This document shows, in pieces, positions 1-8,656 of a stretch of 64,000 nt of DNA. The notes beneath the pieces are model-generated. The model was not told where the DNA came from. It searched no databases and saw nothing but the letters and a program-made list of their open reading frames with translations. This DNA comes from a virus. A program made the translations under genes and the position numbers. The stretch's first letter is position 1, and every line of letters starts with the position of its first letter. Where the stretch lies: IMG/VR virus record IMGVR_UViG_3300006750_000002, positions 1 to 64,000 of that record. One strand, 5' to 3'.

Positions 1-86
1 CTGACTATTTGTGAATGCTGGAATAACTTAGTCTGACTTCCACTTAGTGTCAGATACTATCTTAATTTCAATACTTTCAAAGAACT
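1..86 (-). ncRNA. Putative structured ncRNA, 5' part only (runs off window)
   Basis: Lies directly behind a host-type promoter (93-124) and starts with boxA-like GTTCTTTGAAAGTATTG, as does the unit at ~720. Hairpin TCTGAC(32-37)/GTCAGA(49-54). No start codon context seen. Confidence 0.4.
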
Positions 87-92
87 ATGGTA

Positions 93-124
93 CAAATATA
101 CAAAAGATATTTTAAAGTACCAAA
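93..124 (-). promoter_or_regulatory. Bacteroidota sigma-A type promoter (TTTG-N20-TATATTTG) followed by boxA-like element at 76-85
   Basis: Minus strand TTTG gtactttaaaatatcttttg TATATTTG, then GTTCTTTGAA; near-identical copy at 710-758. Confidence 0.8.
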
Positions 125-140
125 CTACCAAATGTTTTTT

Positions 141-161
141 AAAAAAAAGATATCTTTTTTT
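141..161 (-). terminator. Possible intrinsic terminator / 3' end of the large ncRNA
   Basis: Palindrome AAAAAAAGATATCTTTTTTT; on the minus strand a weak hairpin followed by a U8 run, just upstream of the next promoter. Confidence 0.4.
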
Positions 162-720
162 ATCTCACCCATCTTATTTGTTCCAGGTTTAGCACCATCT
201 ATAGTAGCCCGTATCCCTTGTTACTATAAATGGTCAAGCTGCCAACTCCTCAGTGTATATTCCCTCTCAAATGGCATTTCAAGGGTTACACTGAATAAGG
301 TTATATGTGGCCAGACTTTCACTGGGTTGCTCTAGATTAATTATTTCTACACTTTCCCTTATCTTCTTTTAGTGATTGCTCACAAGGTCGTAGGTTTGAC
401 CTGTTTAAAAATAAATAACACTAACAAAGTTATCTGTTCGACTCAGTAACACCTAACATATACCTAGTATAGTGGTTAGTCTAGTGGGAGAGTTTATACT
501 CTACATACTCCAAGAGAACGCTTCTTTTTAAATAAATGATAAAACTACCAAGCCCCTTTCAGGCATATGGCATCCTTACGTGGTTAATGGAGAGCAGACT
601 GTCGTGCCACATTCATTACTCTTCCAACGGTTCTTTGGTAGTCTTATCAAATTTTTGTGGTTCTTCGGATGCTTTCTTCAAGCTCTTATTCAATCACAAA
701 ACCAATACTTTCAAAGAACG
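141..720 (-). ncRNA. Putative large (~570 nt) highly structured non-coding RNA
   Basis: Bounded by promoter+boxA and a U-tract. Minus-strand helices: ACCAUUUAUAGUA/UACUAUAGAUGGU (13 bp), CAGUGUA/UACACUG, GUGA-GCAA-UCAC, GCCU-GAAA-GGGGC, GACUACCAA/UUGGUAGUU, possible pseudoknot AUGUGGCA/UGCCAUAU. No credible ORF. Confidence 0.6.
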
Positions 721-726
721 ATAGTA

Positions 727-758
727 CAAATATACAAAAGATATTTTAAACCACCAAA
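727..758 (-). promoter_or_regulatory. Bacteroidota sigma-A type promoter (TTTG-N20-TATATTTG) followed by boxA-like element at 710-719
   Basis: Minus strand TTTG gtggtttaaaatatcttttg TATATTTG tactatc GTTCTTTGAA. Confidence 0.8.
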
Positions 759-847
759 TCCTTTTCAAATAAGATAGCATCTAAGACGCTTGTGAATTCT
801 TGGTAAGCACCGATACCCCAAATAACTCTGTAAATAATTTCTGTCAT
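746..847 (-). CDS. Small hypothetical protein (33 aa, MTEIIYRVIWGIGAYQEFTSVLDAILFEKDLVV), not in ORF track
   Basis: Manual translation; ATG preceded by an A-rich leader, same strand as neighbours. Confidence 0.45.
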   Translation of the reverse strand: MTEIIYRVIWGIGAYQEFTSVLDAILFEKDLVV

Positions 848-916
848 GTGTTTTTTTATTTTTATTAATTATTTATTTAACGTGAATATACAAATTATAT
901 TTAATATAACACTATT

Positions 917-1025
917 CCATCATAAATTCTTGAACCATATAGAGTCAACCGCCTCTTCATCCATCATAAATTCTTGAGCCATATAGTCCATAATTATTTC
1001 AATAGAGTCAACCGCCTCTTCATCC
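917..1025. repeat. Interleaved short direct repeats (tandem duplication with internal deletion)
   Basis: ccatcataaattcttga(a/g)ccatatag at ~917-942 and 961-986; atagagtcaaccgcctcttcatcc at ~939-962 and 1002-1025. Confidence 0.85.
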
Positions 1026-1249
1026 TCAGGTGTTAACATCCAATAATTAGGTACACTCTCGCATGTTTCTGCTACTATCACCCCTAAAGTTCCGAATAGG
1101 TTTTCAATACAACACATGTCATTAGGATTAACATCTGGGTGGTTTAATTTCACCATTATGTTTTTTAATAGGTATTCATTTGTTTCCTTATCATTGGTGA
1201 TATTCATGTTGAATAAATCGATTGCTTCCTTTACTTCGTTTGAAACCAT
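920..1249 (-). CDS. Hypothetical protein with duplicated C-terminal DEEAVDSI segment
   Basis: 109-aa ORF directly downstream of host-type promoter 1275-1305. Confidence 0.7.
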   Translation of the reverse strand: MVSNEVKEAIDLFNMNITNDKETNEYLLKNIMVKLNHPDVNPNDMCCIENLFGTLGVIVAETCESVPNYWMLTPEDEEAVDSIEIIMDYMAQEFMMDEEAVDSIWFKNL

Positions 1250-1274
1250 TTGTGTGTTTTTTAATTGTTCTCTA

Positions 1275-1305
1275 CAAAGATAGTAATTATTTTGTAACCA
1301 CCAAA
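1275..1305 (-). promoter_or_regulatory. Bacteroidota sigma-A type promoter (TTTG-N19-TATCTTTG)
   Basis: Minus strand TTTG gtggttacaaaataattac TATCTTTG upstream of ORF 920-1249. Confidence 0.8.
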
Positions 1306-1311
1306 TTTATT

Positions 1312-1509
1312 TTATTCACCTCGTTGCATACGTTCAATACCACCACAAGTCATCACCGAACCAATAATAAGCATAATTGCGATAAGAAACCCACTACCAA
1401 CAACCATCGTTGTTGATTGGTTAGTTAGTTGGTTTAATGTTGTTGGTATTAGTGCTATACTACATACCAACCAAAAGATACCAATTGTTATTCTTGTAAT
1501 TCCGTTCAT
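1312..1509 (-). CDS. Small membrane protein (two hydrophobic segments)
   Basis: 65 aa with two hydrophobic stretches; own host-type promoter at 1533-1563. Confidence 0.7.
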   Translation of the reverse strand: MNGITRITIGIFWLVCSIALIPTTLNQLTNQSTTMVVGSGFLIAIMLIIGSVMTCGGIERMQRGE

Positions 1510-1532
1510 TTCTTTTTTTTTAATATTCTCTA

Positions 1533-1563
1533 CAAAGATAATAATTATTTCTTAACCACCAAA
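1533..1563 (-). promoter_or_regulatory. Bacteroidota sigma-A type promoter (TTTG-N19-TATCTTTG)
   Basis: Minus strand TTTG gtggttaagaaataattat TATCTTTG. Confidence 0.8.
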
Positions 1564-1575
1564 TATCATTTAATT

Positions 1576-1608
1576 AAAAAAGCCACCACCCTTTCGGATG
1601 GTGGCTTT
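1576..1608 (-). terminator. Rho-independent terminator
   Basis: Minus strand AAAGCCACCATCC-GAAA-GGGTGGTGGCTTTTTT. Confidence 0.85.
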
Positions 1609-1630
1609 ATACACAACAGAGTACAAATCT

Positions 1631-2083
1631 TTATAACTTGGTATGGTACTTTATAAACTCTTTTTCATCATTAACTGACACTGGACGTACTTCGGGGTTA
1701 GTTAGGCTATCTAAGTTCTCCTTAGATGGTTCTGTTTGTGTATATCCTAACATACTATACTCATCCAACCACATACCATGGGTTACAACACTATCCATAT
1801 TTAATTTACGAAATTTCCGTTGTACTATTGGTTCGTGTTTAATGATTGCCGCACTACCATTGTATCTACCTATCACAATGTACTCTACACCATCCTTTTT
1901 AAGTGAGTGTACCTGATGCTCACCTACCATACCCAATTCCTCTACAATTATTGGTGTAGTGTTTGAGTTAAACTCAACCACCATTTGTTTTTCTTCCACA
2001 TTATCACTTGAACTAACTTTAGTGCAAGATGATACTGAAACGCCTAATAACGCTCCGATTAAAATAAATCTAACTTTTTTCAT
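1631..2083 (-). CDS. Predicted lipoprotein (likely start MKKVRF at 2083)
   Basis: MKK + hydrophobic core + lipobox VSS-C, followed by S/D/E-rich residues. Confidence 0.7.
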   Translation of the reverse strand: MKKVRFILIGALLGVSVSSCTKVSSSDNVEEKQMVVEFNSNTTPIIVEELGMVGEHQVHSLKKDGVEYIVIGRYNGSAAIIKHEPIVQRKFRKLNMDSVVTHGMWLDEYSMLGYTQTEPSKENLDSLTNPEVRPVSVNDEKEFIKYHTKL

Positions 2084-2152
2084 TGTTGTTGTTTTTAATG
2101 TTCTTGACAAAAGTAGTAAAATTTTCTTACCCAACACGCCGAAACTCAAAAA

Positions 2153-3718
2153 TTATTGCCTATAATCTGCTGGTGGATTACCGAAATAATTTGCTTGATT
2201 AACCACTTGAAATTTAAGGGTCTGATAGTAGGTGTTCACCTCTAAATTAGACACTGCCTGAATATCTAAATAATATTCATTAGGTATCATATCACCAGTA
2301 TCTACTAGAAAATAGTTTTGGTTATTAGCCGAATTTACTTTAGTCCAAGGGTGTGTCTCCACTTCAGTGGTCCCTTGTTTTACATATAACCTATATGAGA
2401 TGTTTGAAATTGGTTGTGGGACCTCTGTACTATATTCCTTTCTTGCAGAAACGATAACTTTTCTAATGTCTCCATTAACTATTTTTTCGTCTCTTTTTAT
2501 TCCAGAGACTGAATATCCATAGTGTTTAGGTAGGCCCACTTGTGTCCCTATCTCAAAATACTGTGAATTATCTTTTAAAGTGAATTTGTTATTAACATCG
2601 GTTTGACAATTACCATCTATTGATATCCCAGACCACCTATCACTAAAAATGCAGGGGGTAGAATAAGTGTCACAAGGTATGGAGAAACATACACAATACA
2701 CCCCTTTTGTTACTTGGGACGCTTGGAGTGTATATAAAAGGTCACCTGAACTGTTATATATTGTAACGGTGGGTAATGAATCTAAATTGACTGGGACCCC
2801 TCCAGCGTTCACATATAAATACAAACAATTAGTCTTACCTTCGTAAAAATGATTTCTGTCGTCGTTAATAAAATCGTTATAATTAGTTTCTAAAAACGGT
2901 TCATAGAATGTTTGGGTGTATTTAGTAAAGAATCCCGTAGAATAGCTTTCAGTTAACCCCGTTAAACTCTCTAGTTCTTTAACGAAACCTAACGCGTATC
3001 CCACACTGGTAGTGTTTGCCGTTAGGATTTCATTTATGACTAATGTCATATCCATCTCTATGTTTTCATTACCATTATCGAACACTTGTCGTGCAATTAT
3101 ATTTGGGGTTACACACCCTGAATCGTACCAATCATAAGCTCCTTCACATGTCCATCTATTCAAAGCACTTTCATAATACCAATTACTAGGTCTTTCAGAA
3201 AAAGCTTTGTCGTCTAAACCATCAAATTCAGAACTGCTATCCATATAGTCGTATCCCACACCTTCAGTCCACGTACTTGCTGTGGTAGCACCTGTTAACT
3301 GAACTAAAACTAACTCAAACGAAGTAGCTCTCCTGTTTCCTTTAGAGGTTATGGTATTAAGTAACTCCTTATCAAACGTAGAAGTGTTAACCATTCTTAA
3401 TGTGTGTGTCGTCCCCGAATTTAGACATCCACCCACTAAATTTATAGTACCGTCTTGATATTTTTCGATTAGGTCAGTTAAATCTAAGTCAAATAAGAAT
3501 CTACTAAAGGAATTGTTTATTCTAGTTCTAGTAAACCCAGTGATTGCCACTCCATTTTCATTAAGACACGTATCACCAGTAAGATTAGTAGCAATACAAG
3601 TATACCTTGAGTTTTTACCCCCATAATAGATTTCACTTACAGGATTTTTTGCTGTATTAGTTTGACTATTAGATAATAGGGTGTTGTTTTTACTAAAATA
3701 TGATTTATGTGTACTCAT
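2153..3718 (-). CDS. Virion structural protein (DNRLRE-like N-terminal domain suspected)
   Basis: 521 aa; SRFLFDLDLTDL and WT(E)GVGYD motifs; late-type TATTTATT upstream; follows the baseplate spike gene. Confidence 0.5.
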   Translation of the reverse strand: MSTHKSYFSKNNTLLSNSQTNTAKNPVSEIYYGGKNSRYTCIATNLTGDTCLNENGVAITGFTRTRINNSFSRFLFDLDLTDLIEKYQDGTINLVGGCLNSGTTHTLRMVNTSTFDKELLNTITSKGNRRATSFELVLVQLTGATTASTWTEGVGYDYMDSSSEFDGLDDKAFSERPSNWYYESALNRWTCEGAYDWYDSGCVTPNIIARQVFDNGNENIEMDMTLVINEILTANTTSVGYALGFVKELESLTGLTESYSTGFFTKYTQTFYEPFLETNYNDFINDDRNHFYEGKTNCLYLYVNAGGVPVNLDSLPTVTIYNSSGDLLYTLQASQVTKGVYCVCFSIPCDTYSTPCIFSDRWSGISIDGNCQTDVNNKFTLKDNSQYFEIGTQVGLPKHYGYSVSGIKRDEKIVNGDIRKVIVSARKEYSTEVPQPISNISYRLYVKQGTTEVETHPWTKVNSANNQNYFLVDTGDMIPNEYYLDIQAVSNLEVNTYYQTLKFQVVNQANYFGNPPADYRQ

Positions 3719-3740
3719 AATAGGCTTTAATAATAAATAT

Positions 3741-5408
3741 CTAATTGATTCTTATATTCTTATTTAAATAATTACCCTGTCTCATTAAATCATCTATTTC
3801 CGTTAGGAGTTGTACACCATCCGTAACGGCTGGAGTATTAGCTTCACCATGGACATGTGTCCTGAGAAACTCTACAATTTTTACTAATAACATGGTTAGT
3901 TGGTCCCCCCTCACTGTCGGTTCCGTTTCACTATCATTAACTTTTATTAAGGTTTCCTGGGACAATCCTAGATTGTCACCAACTTCGTTATTGTTCTCAT
4001 TTTCAATTACAGGATTAGTGGTGGATTTGTTTGGTATTGCACTATCATAAGAGTATAATATTATTTTATCAGATAATGCAGTTACGAACCCTTGTCTAGT
4101 AGAAGTATCAAAATCCCTATTTATCTCAATAACTTGTTGTTCTGTAAAAGTAGGTTCAGGTTGTTCCTTACTCAAAACGAAACCGTAGTATTTTTTATTA
4201 TTTACACCCGTTATACCTATATTTTTAATTACTGTGTTAGCAGTCTCTATATCAGTCGAGAGTGAATTGTCTTCACTATTAACTATCTCTGTAAAACTAA
4301 TTGTAGGTCTAAAATAAAAAGGAAATAGGTTTAAATTCTGGTCATTAGGTGTTGGTGCCATAGAAGAAAATGAGTCAATATATTCTCCCCTTTTTTCGAA
4401 CGCCCCACTGGTTAATCCACTTAAAACACCTTCATTAAATGGTGGGTCCGTAAGTATTTTATCGTTAAATGTGCCCACTTCCTCTAAAAATTCATTTATT
4501 AAGTAAGTGACACCACTTACAGCTTGATTAGTGAAATTAAGTTCTGCACGAACTTTTAAATCTGATTGAGTTTGGAAATTTGTTGTAAGACCTGGACTGT
4601 CTAAATTGGTAGGCAAATTAAAGGGTTTCTTGACCTTAAGTTCATATAGTTTTACATTACCATTTAAACTTTCGGGGGTATCTAGGTTAAAAACGTCATA
4701 CTCCACTAAATACCTTATGGGAGCCTCCACAGGACTCTCAAAAACCTTAGGTTCTTCTTGTAAAGATAATTTAGTGGGGAAATTACTTAATTGTAATGTA
4801 CTCGGTTTTGGGTTAAATATAGGAAAGGCAGGTTGTGGTATGTTAGGTATAAATTTCCCAGCCCTCATTGTTATTTCACCATCTTTACCTTCAGTGCCAC
4901 TGAATACCATATCAGAGTTGCTCCTACCTTCTATACTTATCTTGGTTGGTTCCGCAAAAGTATTGTTAGATATATCTGAATCCGTTATATTAAGAGTCCC
5001 CTCCACCCTAGTACCTTTAGAGGTGTGTAACCTCCCTGTGGTGTATTTTTCATAAGGTAATTTTTCAGGACTAGAAATGGTTGGCCCGACATACATTTTA
5101 TTTTGGGTGTCGTTGTCTGGGTCATAGAATAGTATGTTAACGTTTTCACTTTCTTTAGGAACTACATTAATAAAGTATGGTAAAAAGGGACTACATAAGT
5201 GGGGGTCGTCCTTTGACCATTTTAATTCTTCTACAGTTGTATACATACTGTATTTTTCCTGAGTTAATAGGTCTTTAAGTGTGTTCGCGTCATAATCGGT
5301 AGGTACCTGAGCCCCCTTATAGTCTTCATCTAACACCGCTCTAATTCTACCTGCTTTTGCTGGGTCATTAGAGTCTACACAAACACCAAAAAATAAAACT
5401 TTAGCCAT
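3741..5408 (-). CDS. Baseplate central spike (T4 gp5/VgrG-like OB fold)
   Basis: N-terminal GVCVDSNDPAKAGRIRA matches the gp5 OB-fold start; C-terminal HVH resembles the spike apex HxH metal motif. Confidence 0.7.
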   Translation of the reverse strand: MAKVLFFGVCVDSNDPAKAGRIRAVLDEDYKGAQVPTDYDANTLKDLLTQEKYSMYTTVEELKWSKDDPHLCSPFLPYFINVVPKESENVNILFYDPDNDTQNKMYVGPTISSPEKLPYEKYTTGRLHTSKGTRVEGTLNITDSDISNNTFAEPTKISIEGRSNSDMVFSGTEGKDGEITMRAGKFIPNIPQPAFPIFNPKPSTLQLSNFPTKLSLQEEPKVFESPVEAPIRYLVEYDVFNLDTPESLNGNVKLYELKVKKPFNLPTNLDSPGLTTNFQTQSDLKVRAELNFTNQAVSGVTYLINEFLEEVGTFNDKILTDPPFNEGVLSGLTSGAFEKRGEYIDSFSSMAPTPNDQNLNLFPFYFRPTISFTEIVNSEDNSLSTDIETANTVIKNIGITGVNNKKYYGFVLSKEQPEPTFTEQQVIEINRDFDTSTRQGFVTALSDKIILYSYDSAIPNKSTTNPVIENENNNEVGDNLGLSQETLIKVNDSETEPTVRGDQLTMLLVKIVEFLRTHVHGEANTPAVTDGVQLLTEIDDLMRQGNYLNKNIRIN

Positions 5409-5598
5409 TACCGTTTAATCTGTTTTGATACTCACTATACAATTTTTTATAGTCCTTTTCTATAGCGTCTATCTGGTGGGTTATTTCGATAACCTTTTCT
5501 TTATCACTTTCAAATCTTTCTTTTAAAAAACTTAACGCCTCAAACAGCTCCACATTGGATGCGGTCTTAGGTCCCTCTATAATTTTTTTTAAATTCAT
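5401..5598 (-). CDS. Hypothetical coiled-coil protein
   Basis: 65 aa, coupled to flanking genes by short overlaps/spacers. Confidence 0.65.
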   Translation of the reverse strand: MNLKKIIEGPKTASNVELFEALSFLKERFESDKEKVIEITHQIDAIEKDYKKLYSEYQNRLNGNG

Positions 5599-5600
5599 GA

Positions 5601-7535
5601 CTATAACATTATACCAACACCCTCTCCTGTTTCTGTAACACCAGGACCACTAGAAGTGCTTACGCTCGCTGGAAAAGTAGATATTTGTACCTTTCCATTT
5701 TTATTCCTTTCTTCCTCCACACCCTTAATTAGGCTATAAGCCATTTTTACATTAACGTTAGGCGAACCATCAGGCATAGGTTCTGTATTTATTCCCGATT
5801 TAGAAAAGTTTTTCATAACATTTTGTAAAGCTCTAACATCACTAAAACCTGACCTTGATTCTGCAGCGGCGACTAGGTTTTTCGGTATGTTAATCGGTGG
5901 GACTGGTGGTAGTGTTATATAACCTAATAATGTGTCTAAAATGCTGCGACAGTCTGACATATCATCTAAACCCTCACTTATCGATAATAAGGTCTCAACC
6001 AAAGAATTTATTATAGCAGATTGTTTCACATCATTTTCCTTTAGAATTTGTTGTACGATATAGGAAACCTGTTGTATTATAAATTTTTTCACTTCCTCCC
6101 AAACATATTCTAAGATTAATTCACCTATTCTTTTTAGTATTTTATATATTATCCTAAAAAATTTCTTCACCAAATCCATAATATCTAAACTTGCCACAAA
6201 AGTTCCCACAGCTTGTAAGGCAATTGAAAGACCCAATAAAACCTTAGGGGTTAAAATTAAACTTATTAGGGTTACTGGTAATTTTTTAATTACATTAAAG
6301 TCGAAGTCTGCTTTTAAATTAGGTAACTCAAAACCTAGACCTAACGACTTATCTACACTCATACCGTTTATAGCGTTTTCTATGGCGGTATTTATCATTA
6401 CACCTTGAGTTGTTGGGTTTGTTTCCCCTAACAGTGATGTAATAGCATCATTCATTTCATCTATATTAATTTCACCTTCTATATCACCACAAGTAACAAA
6501 TTTAACCAATCCGTTTAGTTGGAGATTAACCTCCTCGTTTAAATCTCTTAACTCTTGGTCACCGAAGTCAAAAAACTTATCTAAATCTTCATAATCACCA
6601 TCTTCTGATAAATGACCCACCCCAGAAGTATTAATTTTATTGCCTAATGACCCATCACCCTCATCACCACAGACATTCAATAATTTATTCATTAACGCTC
6701 CAAACTCACCTTTTAATTCCGCTTCGGGACCACTTAAATCTGATTGTACAGTTAAAAACCCGGACAGTGCATCTAATAAATTAGCTAGAAAGTTATGTGG
6801 CTCAAAGATTTTTATAGAATCATAATAATCTCTTAAAAAAGTTGTTATTTTTCTATCGTTGTCAGTGGTTGTAGTATTATCATTAAAAGTGTCATCTAAC
6901 CCAACAGGTTTAATTAAATAATTTTCAGTCCCATCAAATTCTATCGTGAATAACCTTTGTCCCGATACACCAAAATAGTCCTGGTCAGCGGAAGGATTTT
7001 CTAACCTTTCATATAGTTCTTTATTTGTCGCATAGGGAAAAGATTGAAGTACTGGGTCATCTTTTTCGTAAGTGGCTTTACCCACTTTAGTAGTAGGTGC
7101 ATTTTGTAGTAATTTGAATGGGTCTACACTTCTAACTGGAATAGTCATCATGTTTGCGTCTGTTACGACAACATTCCCCACAGTAGAATCAGCAGAAGGA
7201 ATGACGAAGTCTAGATTACAATTTATAAATTGTATTAATTCCTCGAATATAATTTCTTTACACTCCTCACCTATCTTACCACCAATCTCAGAACCAATTT
7301 TTTTACGTACCTTTTTTACAGACTCGTTACCACCAAGGTTCTGCAATAAATCCATAAAATATTGTAACATATTACCTTCACCTTCTTCTGCATTGGTCTC
7401 CGCAGAATCTAATGAGGACATTAAGCTATCTAACTTTGTATCTTTATCCAGGGATTCTATCGCGTCCTTAGTGTTCGTCAGGTTTTGAATTCCGTCTAAC
7501 CCCTTTTTCTTACTGTCATTTATATCTTCCGCCAT
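5601..7535 (-). CDS. Hypothetical, probably virion structural protein
   Basis: 644-aa intact ORF in the late operon with the spike gene; no recognised motif. Confidence 0.6.
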   Translation of the reverse strand: MAEDINDSKKKGLDGIQNLTNTKDAIESLDKDTKLDSLMSSLDSAETNAEEGEGNMLQYFMDLLQNLGGNESVKKVRKKIGSEIGGKIGEECKEIIFEELIQFINCNLDFVIPSADSTVGNVVVTDANMMTIPVRSVDPFKLLQNAPTTKVGKATYEKDDPVLQSFPYATNKELYERLENPSADQDYFGVSGQRLFTIEFDGTENYLIKPVGLDDTFNDNTTTTDNDRKITTFLRDYYDSIKIFEPHNFLANLLDALSGFLTVQSDLSGPEAELKGEFGALMNKLLNVCGDEGDGSLGNKINTSGVGHLSEDGDYEDLDKFFDFGDQELRDLNEEVNLQLNGLVKFVTCGDIEGEINIDEMNDAITSLLGETNPTTQGVMINTAIENAINGMSVDKSLGLGFELPNLKADFDFNVIKKLPVTLISLILTPKVLLGLSIALQAVGTFVASLDIMDLVKKFFRIIYKILKRIGELILEYVWEEVKKFIIQQVSYIVQQILKENDVKQSAIINSLVETLLSISEGLDDMSDCRSILDTLLGYITLPPVPPINIPKNLVAAAESRSGFSDVRALQNVMKNFSKSGINTEPMPDGSPNVNVKMAYSLIKGVEEERNKNGKVQISTFPASVSTSSGPGVTETGEGVGIML

Positions 7536-7912
7536 TACATTTTATATTCTGTTGACGTATCACTATCGTCTTTATCTTTATTTAGTAATGTATTAAGGGT
7601 TTCACGGTCCTCTATAGAAAAACTGTTAGTCTCGTTATTACCGTTTAAATCTTTTTGGACTAAAGCACTTTGGATTTTGGCTAACTGTATTTTCTTCTCC
7701 AATGAGGAGTCTATAACCTTTTGTTGTTCTTTAATTACGGGACCTAATTGTTGTAAATCGTCAGCATTCTGCATAAAACTTAACATCTTATTTTGAATGC
7801 GAATAGCGGTGGTTCTCTGTTCAACACACTCGTTATACACTTCTTGTAATAAAGCGAGTAAACTGTCTTGGTCTAACTTTATTTCCTTTTTTTTAGGTCT
7901 AGGCATAGTCAA
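7535..7912 (-). CDS. Hypothetical coiled-coil protein
   Basis: 125 aa; TATTTATG motif upstream; stop overlaps next start. Confidence 0.65.
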   Translation of the reverse strand: MTMPRPKKKEIKLDQDSLLALLQEVYNECVEQRTTAIRIQNKMLSFMQNADDLQQLGPVIKEQQKVIDSSLEKKIQLAKIQSALVQKDLNGNNETNSFSIEDRETLNTLLNKDKDDSDTSTEYKM

Positions 7913-7948
7913 TTTATTTATTGCATAAATACCACAACAATAAAAATC

Positions 7949-8653
7949 TTAGTCTTTATGACCGTCCACTACTCCTTTATATATGATTTTAAATTTCTTT
8001 AAAGAACTTCGAATTTCTTTTGTGGATAAATTAGTCATCTCCCTTAGGTTTAGTAGGACTAAGTTTTTATTGAATTTATTTCCATCTCCATGGATAAAAA
8101 TTTCATCATAGTTAGTAAACACTTCTATAAGTGCAGAACCTACCTTAACTTCATTTTCATTAAGAGGAGTGGTGGACATAAACTCCTCTATTTCATCTAC
8201 CAAATCTATAAAAAATCTTGTAGTGTCCGGTTCTTCATCACTATTCATGTAATATATTTGGTCCGGCCTCTCTTCTATAGACTTAGAAATATCATCATAT
8301 GACACATTTCTATTCTGTAGTTTTTGGTCTTTTATGATTTGACCCATTAAGTAATTTTTACAAATAGTGCCGAAGTAAGAATAAGCTTTTTTACCTTTTG
8401 ACGGTTGGAACTTTTCAGCTTTGGTTATTAGGAAGGATAGGACATCCGCGTGGATGTCTCTAAACTCCTGATTTTTACGATATAATTTATACCTCCTAAT
8501 GATACTATCTATCATTTTATTTAAAGGTTTGTACAGATAAGCGGTATAAATTTCATTTCTTTCGGTTAGGGTAGTCGCGGTTAAGAACATTCTTACCGCA
8601 TGTTCCTGTTCCTCCCCGAAGTACATGTTACTTTTAGACTTTGGTCTTGGCAT
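7949..8653 (-). CDS. Phage RNA polymerase sigma factor (T4 gp55-like late sigma)
   Basis: Region-2-like segment ...AEKFQPSKGKKAYSYFGTICKNYL resembles the FDPEK-x-PFAYFT motif of gp55-type sigmas. Confidence 0.7.
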   Translation of the reverse strand: MPRPKSKSNMYFGEEQEHAVRMFLTATTLTERNEIYTAYLYKPLNKMIDSIIRRYKLYRKNQEFRDIHADVLSFLITKAEKFQPSKGKKAYSYFGTICKNYLMGQIIKDQKLQNRNVSYDDISKSIEERPDQIYYMNSDEEPDTTRFFIDLVDEIEEFMSTTPLNENEVKVGSALIEVFTNYDEIFIHGDGNKFNKNLVLLNLREMTNLSTKEIRSSLKKFKIIYKGVVDGHKD

Positions 8654-8656
8654 TAC

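Noticed and set aside
141-720. Identification of the ncRNA as tmRNA, RNase P RNA, tRNA or a known riboswitch
   Set aside because: No GGGG.../T-arm CCA ends, no GAGGAAAGUCC/AGAACCCGGCUUA P4 pair and no cloverleaf. Resemblances (GUGAAAGUCUGG, GGUCAAACC) are only partial.
87-777. Plus-strand ORFs 87-335, 536-724 and 580-777 from the ORF track
   Set aside because: Antisense to the promoter-defined transcripts, no recognisable protein features, and they read through promoter repeats.
917-1025. Possible DGR template/variable repeat pair or mini-CRISPR
   Set aside because: Repeats are short and interleaved, differ by a C/T change rather than at adenines, have no regular spacers, and no reverse transcriptase or cas gene is in the window.
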